Assembly: GCA_963667175.2 (NCBI GenBank)
Contig: CAXXXF010000011.1
Span: 56,331 to 120,330 of the forward strand
From: Candidatus Latescibacterota bacterium
GTDB lineage: Bacteria > Latescibacterota > UBA2968 > GCA-2709665
Length of the DNA: 64,000 nucleotides
Reading direction: 5' to 3'
The position numbers and the translations under genes are program-made. Below the pieces are notes generated by a model that saw only the letters and a list, made by a program, of their open reading frames with translations, had not been told where the DNA came from and made no database searches. This document shows positions 1 to 9,761 of this stretch, piece after piece; the first letter of the stretch is position 1; every line of letters begins with the position of its first letter.

Positions 1-956
1 CATGCTTCCAAAGCGTCCCTGACCACGGCCGCAATCTCTGGATAGCGACGCGGTGTTTCGAGGTTGCACAATACGACGTGGTCTTTGACGTATCTGCGAG
101 CGATGTCGAACTCCGCCCGCACACGGTCGGGAGAACGAACGAGATACGGATCCGCATAGAGCCCGATGAACGGCACGAACGTGTTCCGCTTCGGGTCCTC
201 GAGCCGCTTCATCTCGGCGGTCTCGAATTCCACGCGCTCAAGGCTCCAGTGCGGAGGATAGAACCAGGAAATCGTCTGCGTACAATAGTCCAGTCGCAGC
301 CGGTTTCCGTAATATTCGTTGGGATAGAACGGCGGCCAGACGTGGTTGGTTACAATCGCATCCCGTTTGATCGCCTTCGCGTGTTCGTACAGCACCTCGG
401 ATACCTTTATCAGGCTGGTTTCCGACATTCGCGCGAGCAGTTCGGGTTCGTGCGCTCCGGGACGTTCCGCTTCCATCGATTTCCGGATGGCCGCGCATCG
501 ATCGCAGAAACACGCATAGTGGTTCCTGAAACCGAACCCGTCGAACGCAACGCCGTCCGCGAGTTCGAGCGCCCGGCTTACCCGCTCCTTCAGAAACGAT
601 CTCGACGCCTCGTGCTCGAAGCAGAGCGTCGGGCCGTCCTGAACGATGGAAAACCACCGGTGCGACAGGAGCTGGAAATTGGCCGGCGTGCCCTCGTGCC
701 CCGTGCGGGCGATTTCATCCTCGGCGGACAGCAACCGTTGCAGACACTCCGGATGCGCGATTGCGAACGCGTCTGAAGGCCTGGCGTACACGATGGCGAC
801 GATCTTCACGCCCAATTCGGCGCCGCGTCGCACCATCGCCTCGGACGGATCCCGCACGATCAGGGTATCGAAGCCCAGCTCGCCCGCGAATTCCACGATC
901 TCCCGCTGCTGCGCTTCGGTCTCCACCGGCAGATGCCAGTCCCACGCCGCCTTCAT
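1..956 (-). CDS. Putative glycoside-hydrolase-like TIM-barrel protein (~318 aa; 3' end at window edge, absent from ORF track)
   Basis: Hand translation from ATG 956 (GAGGAG RBS upstream) is open to position 3: MKAAWDWHLPVETEAQQREIVEFAGELGFDTLIV...LCFEHEASRSFLKERV...DGVAFDGFGFRNHYACFCDRC... The 'DGVxFD...CFCxxC' pattern resembles GH42/GHL-type barrels. Confidence 0.6.
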   Translation of the reverse strand, partial: MKAAWDWHLPVETEAQQREIVEFAGELGFDTLIVRDPSEAMVRRGAELGVKIVAIVYARPSDAFAIAHPECLQRLLSAEDEIARTGHEGTPANFQLLSHRWFSIVQDGPTLCFEHEASRSFLKERVSRALELADGVAFDGFGFRNHYACFCDRCAAIRKSMEAERPGAHEPELLARMSETSLIKVSEVLYEHAKAIKRDAIVTNHVWPPFYPNEYYGNRLRLDYCTQTISWFYPPHWSLERVEFETAEMKRLEDPKRNTFVPFIGLYADPYLVRSPDRVRAEFDIARRYVKDHVVLCNLETPRRYPEIAAVVRDALEA

Positions 957-1001
957 GACTTCACTCCTCGCCCTATCCCTGGTCGCGTCATCGTTGCATT
1001 T

Positions 1002-1026
1002 GTAGCGGCAACCCTGTTGGTTGCCC
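1002..1026. repeat. GTAG-type REP-like palindrome
   Basis: GTAGCGGCAACCCTGTTGGTTGCCC: GTAG foot plus GGCAACC/GGTTGCC stem; near-identical copy at 8902-8926; intergenic. Confidence 0.6.
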
Positions 1027-1115
1027 ACGTCATGGCGCTGGCGCCGCGATCGACATCGCCGCGCCATATCGCTAACCGGTTCAAGCTGAATGCTGAGAGC
1101 TGACAGCTGTTTTCG

Positions 1116-2291
1116 CTACATTTGATCGGCCGCAGACCTGATGGCTTCCGCCAGCTTTCGAACCCGGGCCTGCGAATTGTCGGGATGCATCGGGATCAAC
1201 ACGGCACGGCTGAGTATGTCCAGCGAATCCCTGCACATTTCCATCGAGTAGGTCACGTTCAGCTTGCGGTTCGCCGGAAAGTTGTACGGATTCATATCGG
1301 GGTGATGCGCGCCCTGCTTTCTCATGACGGGATCCCACCGGGTATAGACGTGCCGCCCGGTGTCGATCGGCAGGAATCCTCGAGCGCGGCACTCGCGCAG
1401 GCCGTCCGCGAAAGCCCTCGCTGATTCCTCGCTCGGAAAGATGAATCCCAGGTTGCTGCCGCATTCGTGCGAGAGACTGTTGTTGACGATGGAGGTCAGT
1501 CCGGCCGCTTCCCCCGCCTTCAGCAACTGGCGTTTGTGAGCGACCATCTTTTCCAGCATCCCCTCGAGTCGTCGCAACTGGGCATTCAGAATGGCGCCCG
1601 AAACCTCCGGGGCCCTGAAATTCATGCCCGCGAACTGCTCATCTTCCTTCTTCTGGTCCGGATTCCAATAATACGAGCAGCAATCCGAGGCCACGGAGGC
1701 GCGACCGAAAACCGCTTTGTTGCCGGTGACAAACGCGCCGCCTTCGCCGCTGGAGATATTTTTATAGAAGTTGAAGCTGAATGCGCCCGCGTGTCCGATC
1801 GAACCCAGCATCCTGCCCTCGTAGGCGCCGCCTACCGCCTGGCAAGCGTCCTCCAGCACGAGCAACTTGTGCCTGCGCGCAATACGCATCAGCGCTTTCA
1901 TATTGCAAGGCAGACCCCACATATGCACGGGAATGATCGCTCTCGTATGGCGCGTCAGGCGGCGCTCGACGCCTTCCGGCGACAGCGTGATGGATTCATC
2001 CACGTCGGCTACGACGGGAATCGCCCCCGCCGCCAGCACGGCCAGCGCGGTGGCCATATAAGTGCACGCCGGGACGATGACTTCATCGCCGGGGCCCACC
2101 TTCAACCCCACCAGTGCGCAATATAACGCCGAAGTCCCGCTGGTGGTCATCCTGGCGTACTTCACGCCCAGATGCTTCGCCCAGGCGGCCTCGAACCGAT
2201 CGCATTCTCCCGTGCGTCCGTACCGGAAGATGCCGCCATCGTCGAACAGCCGTTTGACACGCCCCAGTTCCAGGTCGCCGATGCGATACAT
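1116..2291 (-). CDS. DegT/DnrJ/EryC1/StrS PLP-dependent aminotransferase
   Basis: TSGTSAL, GPGDEVIVP, IIPVHMWG, LEDACQA, FSFNFYKNISSGEGG (PLP Lys). Confidence 0.92.
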   Translation of the reverse strand: MYRIGDLELGRVKRLFDDGGIFRYGRTGECDRFEAAWAKHLGVKYARMTTSGTSALYCALVGLKVGPGDEVIVPACTYMATALAVLAAGAIPVVADVDESITLSPEGVERRLTRHTRAIIPVHMWGLPCNMKALMRIARRHKLLVLEDACQAVGGAYEGRMLGSIGHAGAFSFNFYKNISSGEGGAFVTGNKAVFGRASVASDCCSYYWNPDQKKEDEQFAGMNFRAPEVSGAILNAQLRRLEGMLEKMVAHKRQLLKAGEAAGLTSIVNNSLSHECGSNLGFIFPSEESARAFADGLRECRARGFLPIDTGRHVYTRWDPVMRKQGAHHPDMNPYNFPANRKLNVTYSMEMCRDSLDILSRAVLIPMHPDNSQARVRKLAEAIRSAADQM

Positions 2292-2309
2292 AACGGACTC
2301 CTTTTCGGG

Positions 2310-2963
2310 TTACGGGACGGACACTTCCGCTGTTCGCACCCCCGACCCGTTCGTCTGAAGACGCCTGAAGACGTGCCCATACGCCAGGAACGTCACTGGC
2401 ACGGTCAGGAACAGGCCCACCAGCAGGCAGAGCGCGCCACCGACGTTGATCAGCACCGCGAGCAGACCGAAAAGAAACAGGCGCCACCTTTCGCCCCGGG
2501 TGGTTTCGGCGCTGCGGCGCAGGGCCAAAACGGCGCCCGTGCCTTCGTCTACGACGTGAAAGGCGTAGAACTGAAACAGCACCATTAGGAAAATCCCGGG
2601 CACGATAAGCAGAACCAGGCCGACAAATACCATCAGAACGGCGAAGAGGGATGCGATAAAATACGCCGGCGCAAGCGGATAGTGAATGAAAAGATCCGCG
2701 ACCCGCGCCTTCCGACCGTCGACAAAACGCAGAGAAATGACGGTCAACCCGACGTCCATAATGATTCCCGCAATCAATGCAATGATCCCGATAAAAAAGG
2801 CCCAGCCCTCTGAGTACGCGTTCACCTTGAAGACGATGCCGTTCAGGATCAGCGTGATCGCCGCGTACAGCAGCCCGAGCCCGACAAAAAACGCGAGGTT
2901 GTCCAATGTTGTCCGCCAACCGTACCGCAGCGCGCCGGCAATGGAAAACCTATGCGCGTTCAT
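2310..2963 (-). CDS. Integral membrane protein (DUF975-like)
   Basis: Start MNAHRFSIAGALRYGW; several hydrophobic helices; 'GLVLLIVPGI', 'ALRRSAETTRGERWRLF'. Confidence 0.75.
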   Translation of the reverse strand: MNAHRFSIAGALRYGWRTTLDNLAFFVGLGLLYAAITLILNGIVFKVNAYSEGWAFFIGIIALIAGIIMDVGLTVISLRFVDGRKARVADLFIHYPLAPAYFIASLFAVLMVFVGLVLLIVPGIFLMVLFQFYAFHVVDEGTGAVLALRRSAETTRGERWRLFLFGLLAVLINVGGALCLLVGLFLTVPVTFLAYGHVFRRLQTNGSGVRTAEVSVP

Positions 2964-4140
2964 AATCGGCTTCCGTTTCGCAGAAGAGAGAATCCCTGGA
3001 CGGCTGTGTCCCCGTGTCCGACAGCATGCGCGCCTTGGTCCTGCACTCCTCGTACTCGCCCCCGGCACTGGAATCGTGGGTCACGCCGCTTCCCACGCCG
3101 AATTCCGCGAGGCCATTCTCCCGATCGACGGTCACAGTCCGTATGGCGACGTTGAACTGCGCCTCGGGGCCCGGAGATATATATCCGATACTGCCTGTAT
3201 AGGCTCCGCGAGGGGAGTCCTCCAATTCCGAGATAATCTCCATGGTCCGCACCTTCGGCGCGCCTGTGACGGACCCGCAGGGAAAGGCCGCCCACAGGAG
3301 ATCCGGGACGCCCATGCCGGAACGGAGACGGGATTGCACGGTAGACGTCATCTGCAGGACCGTTTCATATCGCTCCACCTCCCACAACGTCGGTGTCCGG
3401 ACACTGCCGGTTTCAGATACCCGCCCCAGATCATTGCGCAGCATGTCCACAATCATCACGTTCTCCGCGCGATCTTTCGGCGACCACTTCAAGTCGTCGA
3501 ACAAGAGCCGGTCCTCTTCCGGCCACCGGCCGCGACGCCGTGTCCCCTTCATTGGACGAGCCGTGAGTTCACCTGATTTCAAGCGGAAGAACAGCTCGGG
3601 AGACGCGGACAGAACCTGAAACCGCCCGGAGTCCACGTAAGCCGAATACGCCGTCGGCTGCGACCGGCACAGGTCTGTATAGAAGGCGGCGGCGTCCCCT
3701 TCAAAATCAGCCCGCATCCGATAGGTGAAATTGACCTGGTACGTATCGCCCGCGGCGATGTAAGCGCGAATCCCGGCCACCACGTCTTCGTACTCATCCC
3801 TGCCGATGGACGAGCGCCACGCCGAATGCGAATATGCGCGATGGGAGCAAAAACGGCCAACCGTGGCCGGCGTCCGCTGCTCAAACAACCCGAACCAGAC
3901 CAGGGGCAATGCGCCGGGCGGACGGGTCTTCAGCGCGGGATCCAATCCGGAGGCTGCTTCGTACGCGATGAATCCCGCGGCGTGCAGACCGCGGGATACG
4001 GCGCGTTCCACTTCCGTCAGCGCCGCGTGCACGTCCGCCGGACAGCGGGCGACGACCTGATCGACGCATCCGGAAAACGTGTATGAAGCGCCATCCTGAT
4101 CGGAACGATTGCATTCAAGCACTACAACAGGTTCATTCAT
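2950..4140 (-). CDS. pabB: Aminodeoxychorismate synthase component I
   Basis: GDTYQVNFT, SASPELFF, RPMKGT, KDRAENVMIVDMLRNDLGR, FPCGSVTGAPK, FNVAIRT. Confidence 0.92.
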   Translation of the reverse strand: MNEPVVVLECNRSDQDGASYTFSGCVDQVVARCPADVHAALTEVERAVSRGLHAAGFIAYEAASGLDPALKTRPPGALPLVWFGLFEQRTPATVGRFCSHRAYSHSAWRSSIGRDEYEDVVAGIRAYIAAGDTYQVNFTYRMRADFEGDAAAFYTDLCRSQPTAYSAYVDSGRFQVLSASPELFFRLKSGELTARPMKGTRRRGRWPEEDRLLFDDLKWSPKDRAENVMIVDMLRNDLGRVSETGSVRTPTLWEVERYETVLQMTSTVQSRLRSGMGVPDLLWAAFPCGSVTGAPKVRTMEIISELEDSPRGAYTGSIGYISPGPEAQFNVAIRTVTVDRENGLAEFGVGSGVTHDSSAGGEYEECRTKARMLSDTGTQPSRDSLFCETEADYERA

Positions 4141-4344
4141 ATGACCCGGAGTCCTGTCCCAAAACTACCTCACCATTCGGCCGCCGGATTCAGGCAGCTT
4201 GTCTCCGGGACAGAACCAGCCGATCCGGCGCAAATGACGCGGCGTCGATCCCCGGATATCGACCGTCGTCGCCGATCATATTCCTGGAACCCCGGACGCC
4301 ACCTCGCGCGAGGTCGCTGCAGTCCCTGATCCGGTGGCGAAGGT

Positions 4345-5148
4345 TCAGTTCTTCGCCCAGTTTCCGTACACGTCCACTTCCACTCCCTCCACCCTCGGCC
4401 GAACGCCCTTTACGATAAAGCCGGGACGCCCCATGCCCTGCCCGCCTTCCTGCCGGTTGCGGGGGTCCCTGAATCCCAGCCGCACGAGGCGGCGCCAGTT
4501 GCCGCTGTGATTGACTGCCGACCCGTGAATGGTCCACAGGTAAAACAGGACCACGTCGCCGGCTTTTGCCGGGACCGATACGGCGTCCTGGAGCCGATAC
4601 TGGTCCGTGGGAAGATGCGGGGCGGTGCCGGCGCCCGTAATATGCTGCAGCTTGCCGAGCCGGTGGGACCCCTTGAGGAACTTGATGCATCCGCTGGTTT
4701 CGTCGGCGTCGTCCAGGTGCACCAGGCAATCCGCGTACCGGCCGTCTTCGTGTGGAAAGAACGGCAAGTCCTGGTGCATCGGAAACGGCGCCCCCTTGTC
4801 CGGCGGCTTCGCGTGCAGCGTGACATGGTGCAATTCAACGGCATCCGATCCCAGGAGATCGCCGACCGAGGCGCCCAATTCCCGCTTCGTGATGGCACGG
4901 GACCAGGCCGCGGAATAATGCTGCAACTCGTGGATGGCCACCAGCGTTGCCACCGCGTCCTCCTCTTCGTCCATATACTCTTTCCGCCAGGGCCCTTTCC
5001 AGGCGGAGTCCCAGTTTGCGAACACCTCCATGACGTATTCCAGTTCATCGCCCATCTCGCGGACTTCCTGCGGGGAGAACATGCCTTCGAGACGGATGTA
5101 TCCGTTTTCACGAAAAAAAGCGACCTGCGCTTCGCTCAGCGATTCCAT
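4345..5148 (-). CDS. Phytanoyl-CoA dioxygenase (PhyH) family Fe(II)/2OG dioxygenase
   Basis: QVAFFRENGY, HQD, GCIKFLKGSH, IHGS..N...RR. Confidence 0.9.
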   Translation of the reverse strand: MESLSEAQVAFFRENGYIRLEGMFSPQEVREMGDELEYVMEVFANWDSAWKGPWRKEYMDEEEDAVATLVAIHELQHYSAAWSRAITKRELGASVGDLLGSDAVELHHVTLHAKPPDKGAPFPMHQDLPFFPHEDGRYADCLVHLDDADETSGCIKFLKGSHRLGKLQHITGAGTAPHLPTDQYRLQDAVSVPAKAGDVVLFYLWTIHGSAVNHSGNWRRLVRLGFRDPRNRQEGGQGMGRPGFIVKGVRPRVEGVEVDVYGNWAKN

Positions 5149-5184
5149 AACAGGAAGTCTCCCTTACGTTGTCGCGCGTCTCGT

Positions 5185-5565
5185 CTACCGGCCGCCGATG
5201 ACGATGAGGAACGCGCTTTCTTCTAAGGCCTTTACAGCGTGGCGGAGGTTTGCCGTGAAGGAAGCTGCAGAACCCGATTCCAACGTCGCCTCCTCGGCTA
5301 CGGACGATATCCGGATTCGTCCACTCAGAAGAACCACCGTGGCGGGGCCCGGGGCCCTGTGTTCGCGCAGTACCGCGCCCTCCTTCATAACGGTAAGGAC
5401 CACGGTCATCTCATCCCCTCGAACCAGGGAAAGCGCGTTCCGACCGGATTCAGCGAAGGCGTCTTCCACCATAAGCTGTTCGGCCATGGCGTGTAACGGA
5501 AAAGACTCGATCCACGTCTCGTTAACTCTCAAAGGTCGGTAGGGTCGCTCAAAAGCTCTAACCAT
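5185..5565 (-). CDS. Cupin-domain protein
   Basis: LREHRAPGPATVVLLSG...LRHAVKALEESAFL. Confidence 0.75.
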   Translation of the reverse strand: MVRAFERPYRPLRVNETWIESFPLHAMAEQLMVEDAFAESGRNALSLVRGDEMTVVLTVMKEGAVLREHRAPGPATVVLLSGRIRISSVAEEATLESGSAASFTANLRHAVKALEESAFLIVIGGR

Positions 5566-5641
5566 TCCGTGAACTCCTCATTGAGGCCACAGGGTTCAGG
5601 ATCGGACTCTCATGAGTCCTCATCCCGGTATGAATGGCGGA

Positions 5642-7141
5642 TCAGGACCCGGGTACCGGATTCTCGTGAAACCAGGCTTTCAGGATCGGATACAGTTCGC
5701 GGTACCGGTGAAACTGATTCTCGTAATCGGCCGCGCGCTTCGCACTGCTCCGAACGGATTCGCCCAACTTTACAGAGCGTTCGCAGGCCGTTTCAAAACC
5801 CGGAAACACACCCACGCCCACGCCGGCGATCACCGCCGCGCCGAGCGCCGACGCCTCCCGCACCTCCAGCACCCGCGCGTCCCGTCCGAACACGTCGGCC
5901 TGGATCTGGCGCCACAGCGCGGACCTCGCGCCGCCCTCGCCGATTCGCAGGTCCTCGATGGGCAGCCCGATGTCCTCGAAACACGCCAGAGAGCGCTTCA
6001 GGTCGAATGCAACGCCCTCCATCAGCGAGCGCGCCAGGTGCGCCTTCGTGTGACGAAGCGTCAGCCCGATCCATCCGCCCCGTGCCCGCGCGTCGGGATG
6101 GGGTGTTGCCGACCCCTCCAGCCAGGGAAGAAAGAAGAGCCCTTCGCACCCCGCGGGGGCGTCCTCCGCCTGGCGCGTCAGCGCGGTGACTTCATCGCCC
6201 AACTGTTCGCTCAACCAGGCCAGACTCGCGCCACACGTGTACGAACACCCCAGCCAGAAGAAGGCGCCGGGGACCGAATGACACATCGGCCAGAGCCTGT
6301 TGAAGGCGGCGGGGTCCAATTTCTCCGCGAACGCGAGCGCGTGCCCCGCCGTACCGATGCCCACGTTGACGACCCCGGGCCGGATGACCCCGCTGCCCAC
6401 GGCGAGGCACGAAACGTCGCCGCCGCCCGCACAAACGGGCGTTTTTGCGGCAAGTCCCATTTCCCGTGAGGCCCGGCCGGTCAGCGCGCCGATCACCTCG
6501 GTAGACTCCGATACGTCGGGAAACAGGCTGCGGCGCACTTCCAGTGCGTCCAGAATCTCGCCGCTCCAATCCCTCGCCCGAAGGTCCGCGGCCGCGGTGA
6601 CGGACGCGTCCGACACGTCTGAGCCGAACGTTCCAGTCATCCGGAACCGCACCCAGTCCTTCGGAATCAGCACGTACCGCGCGTCCCGGTAGACGTCCGG
6701 CTCGCGAGCCCGCACCCATAACACCTTGGCCAGCGTGTTGATCGGACTCATCACGTGCAGGGCCCGGGACCGCAGCAGACCGCCCGCGCGCGCGTTCGCC
6801 GCATCGCACTCGGCCTGCGACCGCCTGTCGAGCCACAGGATGGGCGCTCTGAGTGGATTGCCGGCGCCATCCACAAACACGGCGCCGTTCATATGCCCGG
6901 ACAGTGATACGCACCGGACATCGTTCACGGACCGCCCCTGCCTCCGGAGTTCGACCGCCACCGCGCGGGTTGTTCTGCAGATCGCCTCCCACCAGTCATC
7001 CGCGTTCTGTTCCACCCAGCCGGGCTGCGGCGTCTGCATGGCATAGCTTGCGCCGGCTGAGCCAATTACGGCGCCGCTTTCATCCAGAACAACCGTCTTG
7101 GCGCTGGACGTCCCCAGGTCAATTCCGATTACCAGTGGCAT
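5642..7141 (-). CDS. xylB: FGGY carbohydrate kinase (xylulokinase-like)
   Basis: GIDLGTSSAK, SGHMNG, PILWLDRR, SDASVT, GGGD, GGARSALWRQIQADV. Confidence 0.82.
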   Translation of the reverse strand: MPLVIGIDLGTSSAKTVVLDESGAVIGSAGASYAMQTPQPGWVEQNADDWWEAICRTTRAVAVELRRQGRSVNDVRCVSLSGHMNGAVFVDGAGNPLRAPILWLDRRSQAECDAANARAGGLLRSRALHVMSPINTLAKVLWVRAREPDVYRDARYVLIPKDWVRFRMTGTFGSDVSDASVTAAADLRARDWSGEILDALEVRRSLFPDVSESTEVIGALTGRASREMGLAAKTPVCAGGGDVSCLAVGSGVIRPGVVNVGIGTAGHALAFAEKLDPAAFNRLWPMCHSVPGAFFWLGCSYTCGASLAWLSEQLGDEVTALTRQAEDAPAGCEGLFFLPWLEGSATPHPDARARGGWIGLTLRHTKAHLARSLMEGVAFDLKRSLACFEDIGLPIEDLRIGEGGARSALWRQIQADVFGRDARVLEVREASALGAAVIAGVGVGVFPGFETACERSVKLGESVRSSAKRAADYENQFHRYRELYPILKAWFHENPVPGS

Positions 7142-7179
7142 AGATCAGACCGTGCAATGCGTGCGACGTGCCTGCCGCG

Positions 7180-8106
7180 TTACGCGCCCGCCAGGAAACG
7201 CCGCGGGTTGTCTACCAGCAGATCCCTGATGGCGCCGTCGGACACGCCTTGGTCCCTTAGCCGGGGCACGAAACGGGTCAGCACATAGTCCAGACCCGGA
7301 CCGCCTCCGTAGCTTCGCCAGTAACTGGGCCGGCCCAGGTCGTTGCCCAGCAGAATACGACCGCCCAACCCGGCATCGATCATCCGCTTGAGAACGGAAA
7401 TGCGCATTTCATCGGGGCCGTACTTCACTTTACCGGGGCAGTCGTAACCCAGATAGGCGCCGGTCTCCGCAATGCGCCGGTGCTCCCAGAAATCCGGATT
7501 CCTGTCCATATGACTCAGGCATACCCGGGCCGGAGGCACACCCAGCGCGTCCAGGAGCGCCACCTGATCGTACCCCATCGTTCCCGCCTCCGTGTGCGTC
7601 ATCACCGGCACGCCGGTTTCCGCGTGCGCCTTCGCCGCGATGCGCATCAGCTTCCGGTCGGCCTCCTGAAACCTATTGTATCCGCTGCCTCCCTTGACAA
7701 TGCCGGCCTTTACGCCGGTGCCGTCGATCCCTATCTCGATGTCCCGGATGCAGCTTCGGATCATTGAATCTTCGTCCTGGTTCAGGATCGCTCGGTCGCA
7801 GAAATACGGTTTGTTGTATCCCGTGATCACAACGACGTGCACGTCCGGCACCAGGTCCGCAATCCGGACGACCTGCCGCACGTTGCGGCCGAAGTCAATC
7901 GCCGACATCTCGATCAGCGTCCTGCCGCCCGCGAGCGCCCAGGAACGAAGCTCGCCGGCCGACCGCTCCACGTCGTTCAGCCGGAAATCTCCATCTTCCC
8001 TGAGCAGCCAGTCCGGGGCGTCGAAATAGAGGTGTTCGTGGTAATCCACAACGCCCAGTTGTTGCCCGTCGATCTCCCCCCGGACCGTCATCACCGTGCC
8101 CATCAC
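7180..8106 (-). CDS. Phosphotriesterase-related amidohydrolase/lactonase
   Basis: HEH metal motif, GIVKGG, THT, SHMDR, GNDLGR, NPRRF. Confidence 0.9.
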   Translation of the reverse strand: MMGTVMTVRGEIDGQQLGVVDYHEHLYFDAPDWLLREDGDFRLNDVERSAGELRSWALAGGRTLIEMSAIDFGRNVRQVVRIADLVPDVHVVVITGYNKPYFCDRAILNQDEDSMIRSCIRDIEIGIDGTGVKAGIVKGGSGYNRFQEADRKLMRIAAKAHAETGVPVMTHTEAGTMGYDQVALLDALGVPPARVCLSHMDRNPDFWEHRRIAETGAYLGYDCPGKVKYGPDEMRISVLKRMIDAGLGGRILLGNDLGRPSYWRSYGGGPGLDYVLTRFVPRLRDQGVSDGAIRDLLVDNPRRFLAGA

Positions 8107-8112
8107 GCCCCC

Positions 8113-8862
8113 CTACTCATGTTCCAGCCCGGAAAGGAATTCCGTCCACGCCCTCACGATGCGCGCCACACACCCGCGAAACCACCGTTCGCCCTTCTCC
8201 GCGGAAGCGACCGTGGCGTCGCCGAACACCCCCGATCGGGACAGACTGCCCAGGGGCAGCGTGGACATCTCGTACGCCGCCGACAGGGTCGGATACTCCC
8301 GCACGGCCAGGTCCATCCTGACGGATTCGGGTTTCAGGTAGAGCATCAGGGAGGTTTCAAACTCCTCCGCGTGAAAATTCATTGGCATCCACTGGGGCGA
8401 CTCCGCGTCCGCCATCACTTCATCCAGGCCCGGATAGAAAACGTTCAGTACCTTCAACTCCAGTTCGTCGACCAGTTCCCGGGCGGTCATTTTCAGCGGT
8501 CCGGGATTCGCGCCGTGCCCCGAAAGCGTCATCAGCGCACGGCAGCCGCTGCGGTGCATGCTGCGCGACAGGTCCTTCACCACCTCCCTGAAGGTATCGA
8601 AGGAGAACGTCAGCGTCCCCGGATAGTCGCGCCAGCTCCAGGAGTACCCCACGTGCACCGCCGGCAGCACGAGACCCGAACTCTTATTCGCGACGTCCAG
8701 GGCCAGCGCCTCCGCAAGCACCGTGTCCGTATTCTGGGGCAGGTGGGGACCATGCTGCTCCGTTGCCCCAAGAGGCAGAATCGCGAACGGCGTGTCCCTC
8801 AGGAAGTCCCTGCATTCCGGCCAGGTCGCCGTTGCAGCGTCCAGCCAATTCGACTCGCTCAC
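8113..8862 (-). CDS. Creatininase family amidohydrolase
   Basis: PLGATEQHGPHLP..TD, GHGAN, HAEEFETS, GVFGD. Confidence 0.9.
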   Translation of the reverse strand: MSESNWLDAATATWPECRDFLRDTPFAILPLGATEQHGPHLPQNTDTVLAEALALDVANKSSGLVLPAVHVGYSWSWRDYPGTLTFSFDTFREVVKDLSRSMHRSGCRALMTLSGHGANPGPLKMTARELVDELELKVLNVFYPGLDEVMADAESPQWMPMNFHAEEFETSLMLYLKPESVRMDLAVREYPTLSAAYEMSTLPLGSLSRSGVFGDATVASAEKGERWFRGCVARIVRAWTEFLSGLEHE

Positions 8863-8901
8863 GTCCTAACTCCAGGAAGGGGCCGGGGCCACGTTACATG
8901 T

Positions 8902-8926
8902 GTAGGGGCAACCCTTGTGGTTGCCC
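8902..8926. repeat. GTAG-type REP-like palindrome
   Basis: GTAGGGGCAACCCTTGTGGTTGCCC, intergenic; second copy of the 1002-1026 element. Confidence 0.65.
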
Positions 8927-8956
8927 GCCTCACCTCCGCCCGTCTCACCAGGTTTG

Positions 8957-9736
8957 TTAAGGTTTATATAGACTTTCCGTCGGAACATCCGTGATCAGCG
9001 CGTGGCCGGGCGTGTAGGAGAGCGCGAGCGGAAGCCGGGCTTGCTGTGCCGCCAGGCTGGGCGTTACGCCGCAGGCCCAGTAGAGACGATCCGTGCCGTC
9101 GGGGACCTGTATTGCGTTCCCTGAAATCGTCGCGTCGAGTTCCTTGATGCCCAGTTCCCGGCCGCTATTCCTGCCCAGCGGCGCCCCGTGGCATTCCGGG
9201 AAGTGGCTGGTGTACTCCCACACGTCGTCGCAACGTTCCGGGAGAAAGCTGCGCATGGTCACCGCCATCTTGTTCCGGAACCTGCCCACCGGTTCGCAAT
9301 CCAGGTCCGTCAGCTGAATACACGGTCCGAACGCGGGCCTGTATCCCTTTTCCACCAGGAGCCCGTCGAAAGACACGCTGGAACCGATCAGGAACGTGAC
9401 CATGCGCCCGGAAAAGAGGTCGACCACGTCACGCCGCCGCTCGACCACCTCGCCCTCCCGGATCACGTCGTAGGAGCCCAGGTCCGTGCGGACGTCGAGT
9501 CCGCTCGCGAATTCAGGACAATCGGTCTGGCCCGCGGGCATCACGGCCAGCAGCGGACACGGCTTCGGGTTCGCCCTGCAGAATCCCTCGAACTCCTTAG
9601 CGTAGTCCCGGTCCATCATGACCACGTTCACGCAGAGGTACCCCGAAAGCGCGCGCGAAGCCACGGTCTTCAGGGCATTCCGGCGGCACGCCAGCCGCAC
9701 CTCCAGGGGAGACCGAAACGTCACGGGTTCCGACAC
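8957..9736 (-). CDS. DUF1445 / D-glutamate cyclase-like putative hydro-lyase
   Basis: FCRANPKPCPLL, DVRTD, FLIGSSVSF, VTMR, HGAP, WACGVTP, PGHALITD; GTG start 9736 after GGAGG. Confidence 0.85.
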   Translation of the reverse strand: MSEPVTFRSPLEVRLACRRNALKTVASRALSGYLCVNVVMMDRDYAKEFEGFCRANPKPCPLLAVMPAGQTDCPEFASGLDVRTDLGSYDVIREGEVVERRRDVVDLFSGRMVTFLIGSSVSFDGLLVEKGYRPAFGPCIQLTDLDCEPVGRFRNKMAVTMRSFLPERCDDVWEYTSHFPECHGAPLGRNSGRELGIKELDATISGNAIQVPDGTDRLYWACGVTPSLAAQQARLPLALSYTPGHALITDVPTESLYKP

Positions 9737-9761
9737 CGTTTTCCTCCCTGTCAGCCCACTG

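Noticed and set aside
4141-4344. Folate riboswitch upstream of pabB
   Set aside because: No recognisable THF-riboswitch consensus by eye; an Infernal search would be needed.
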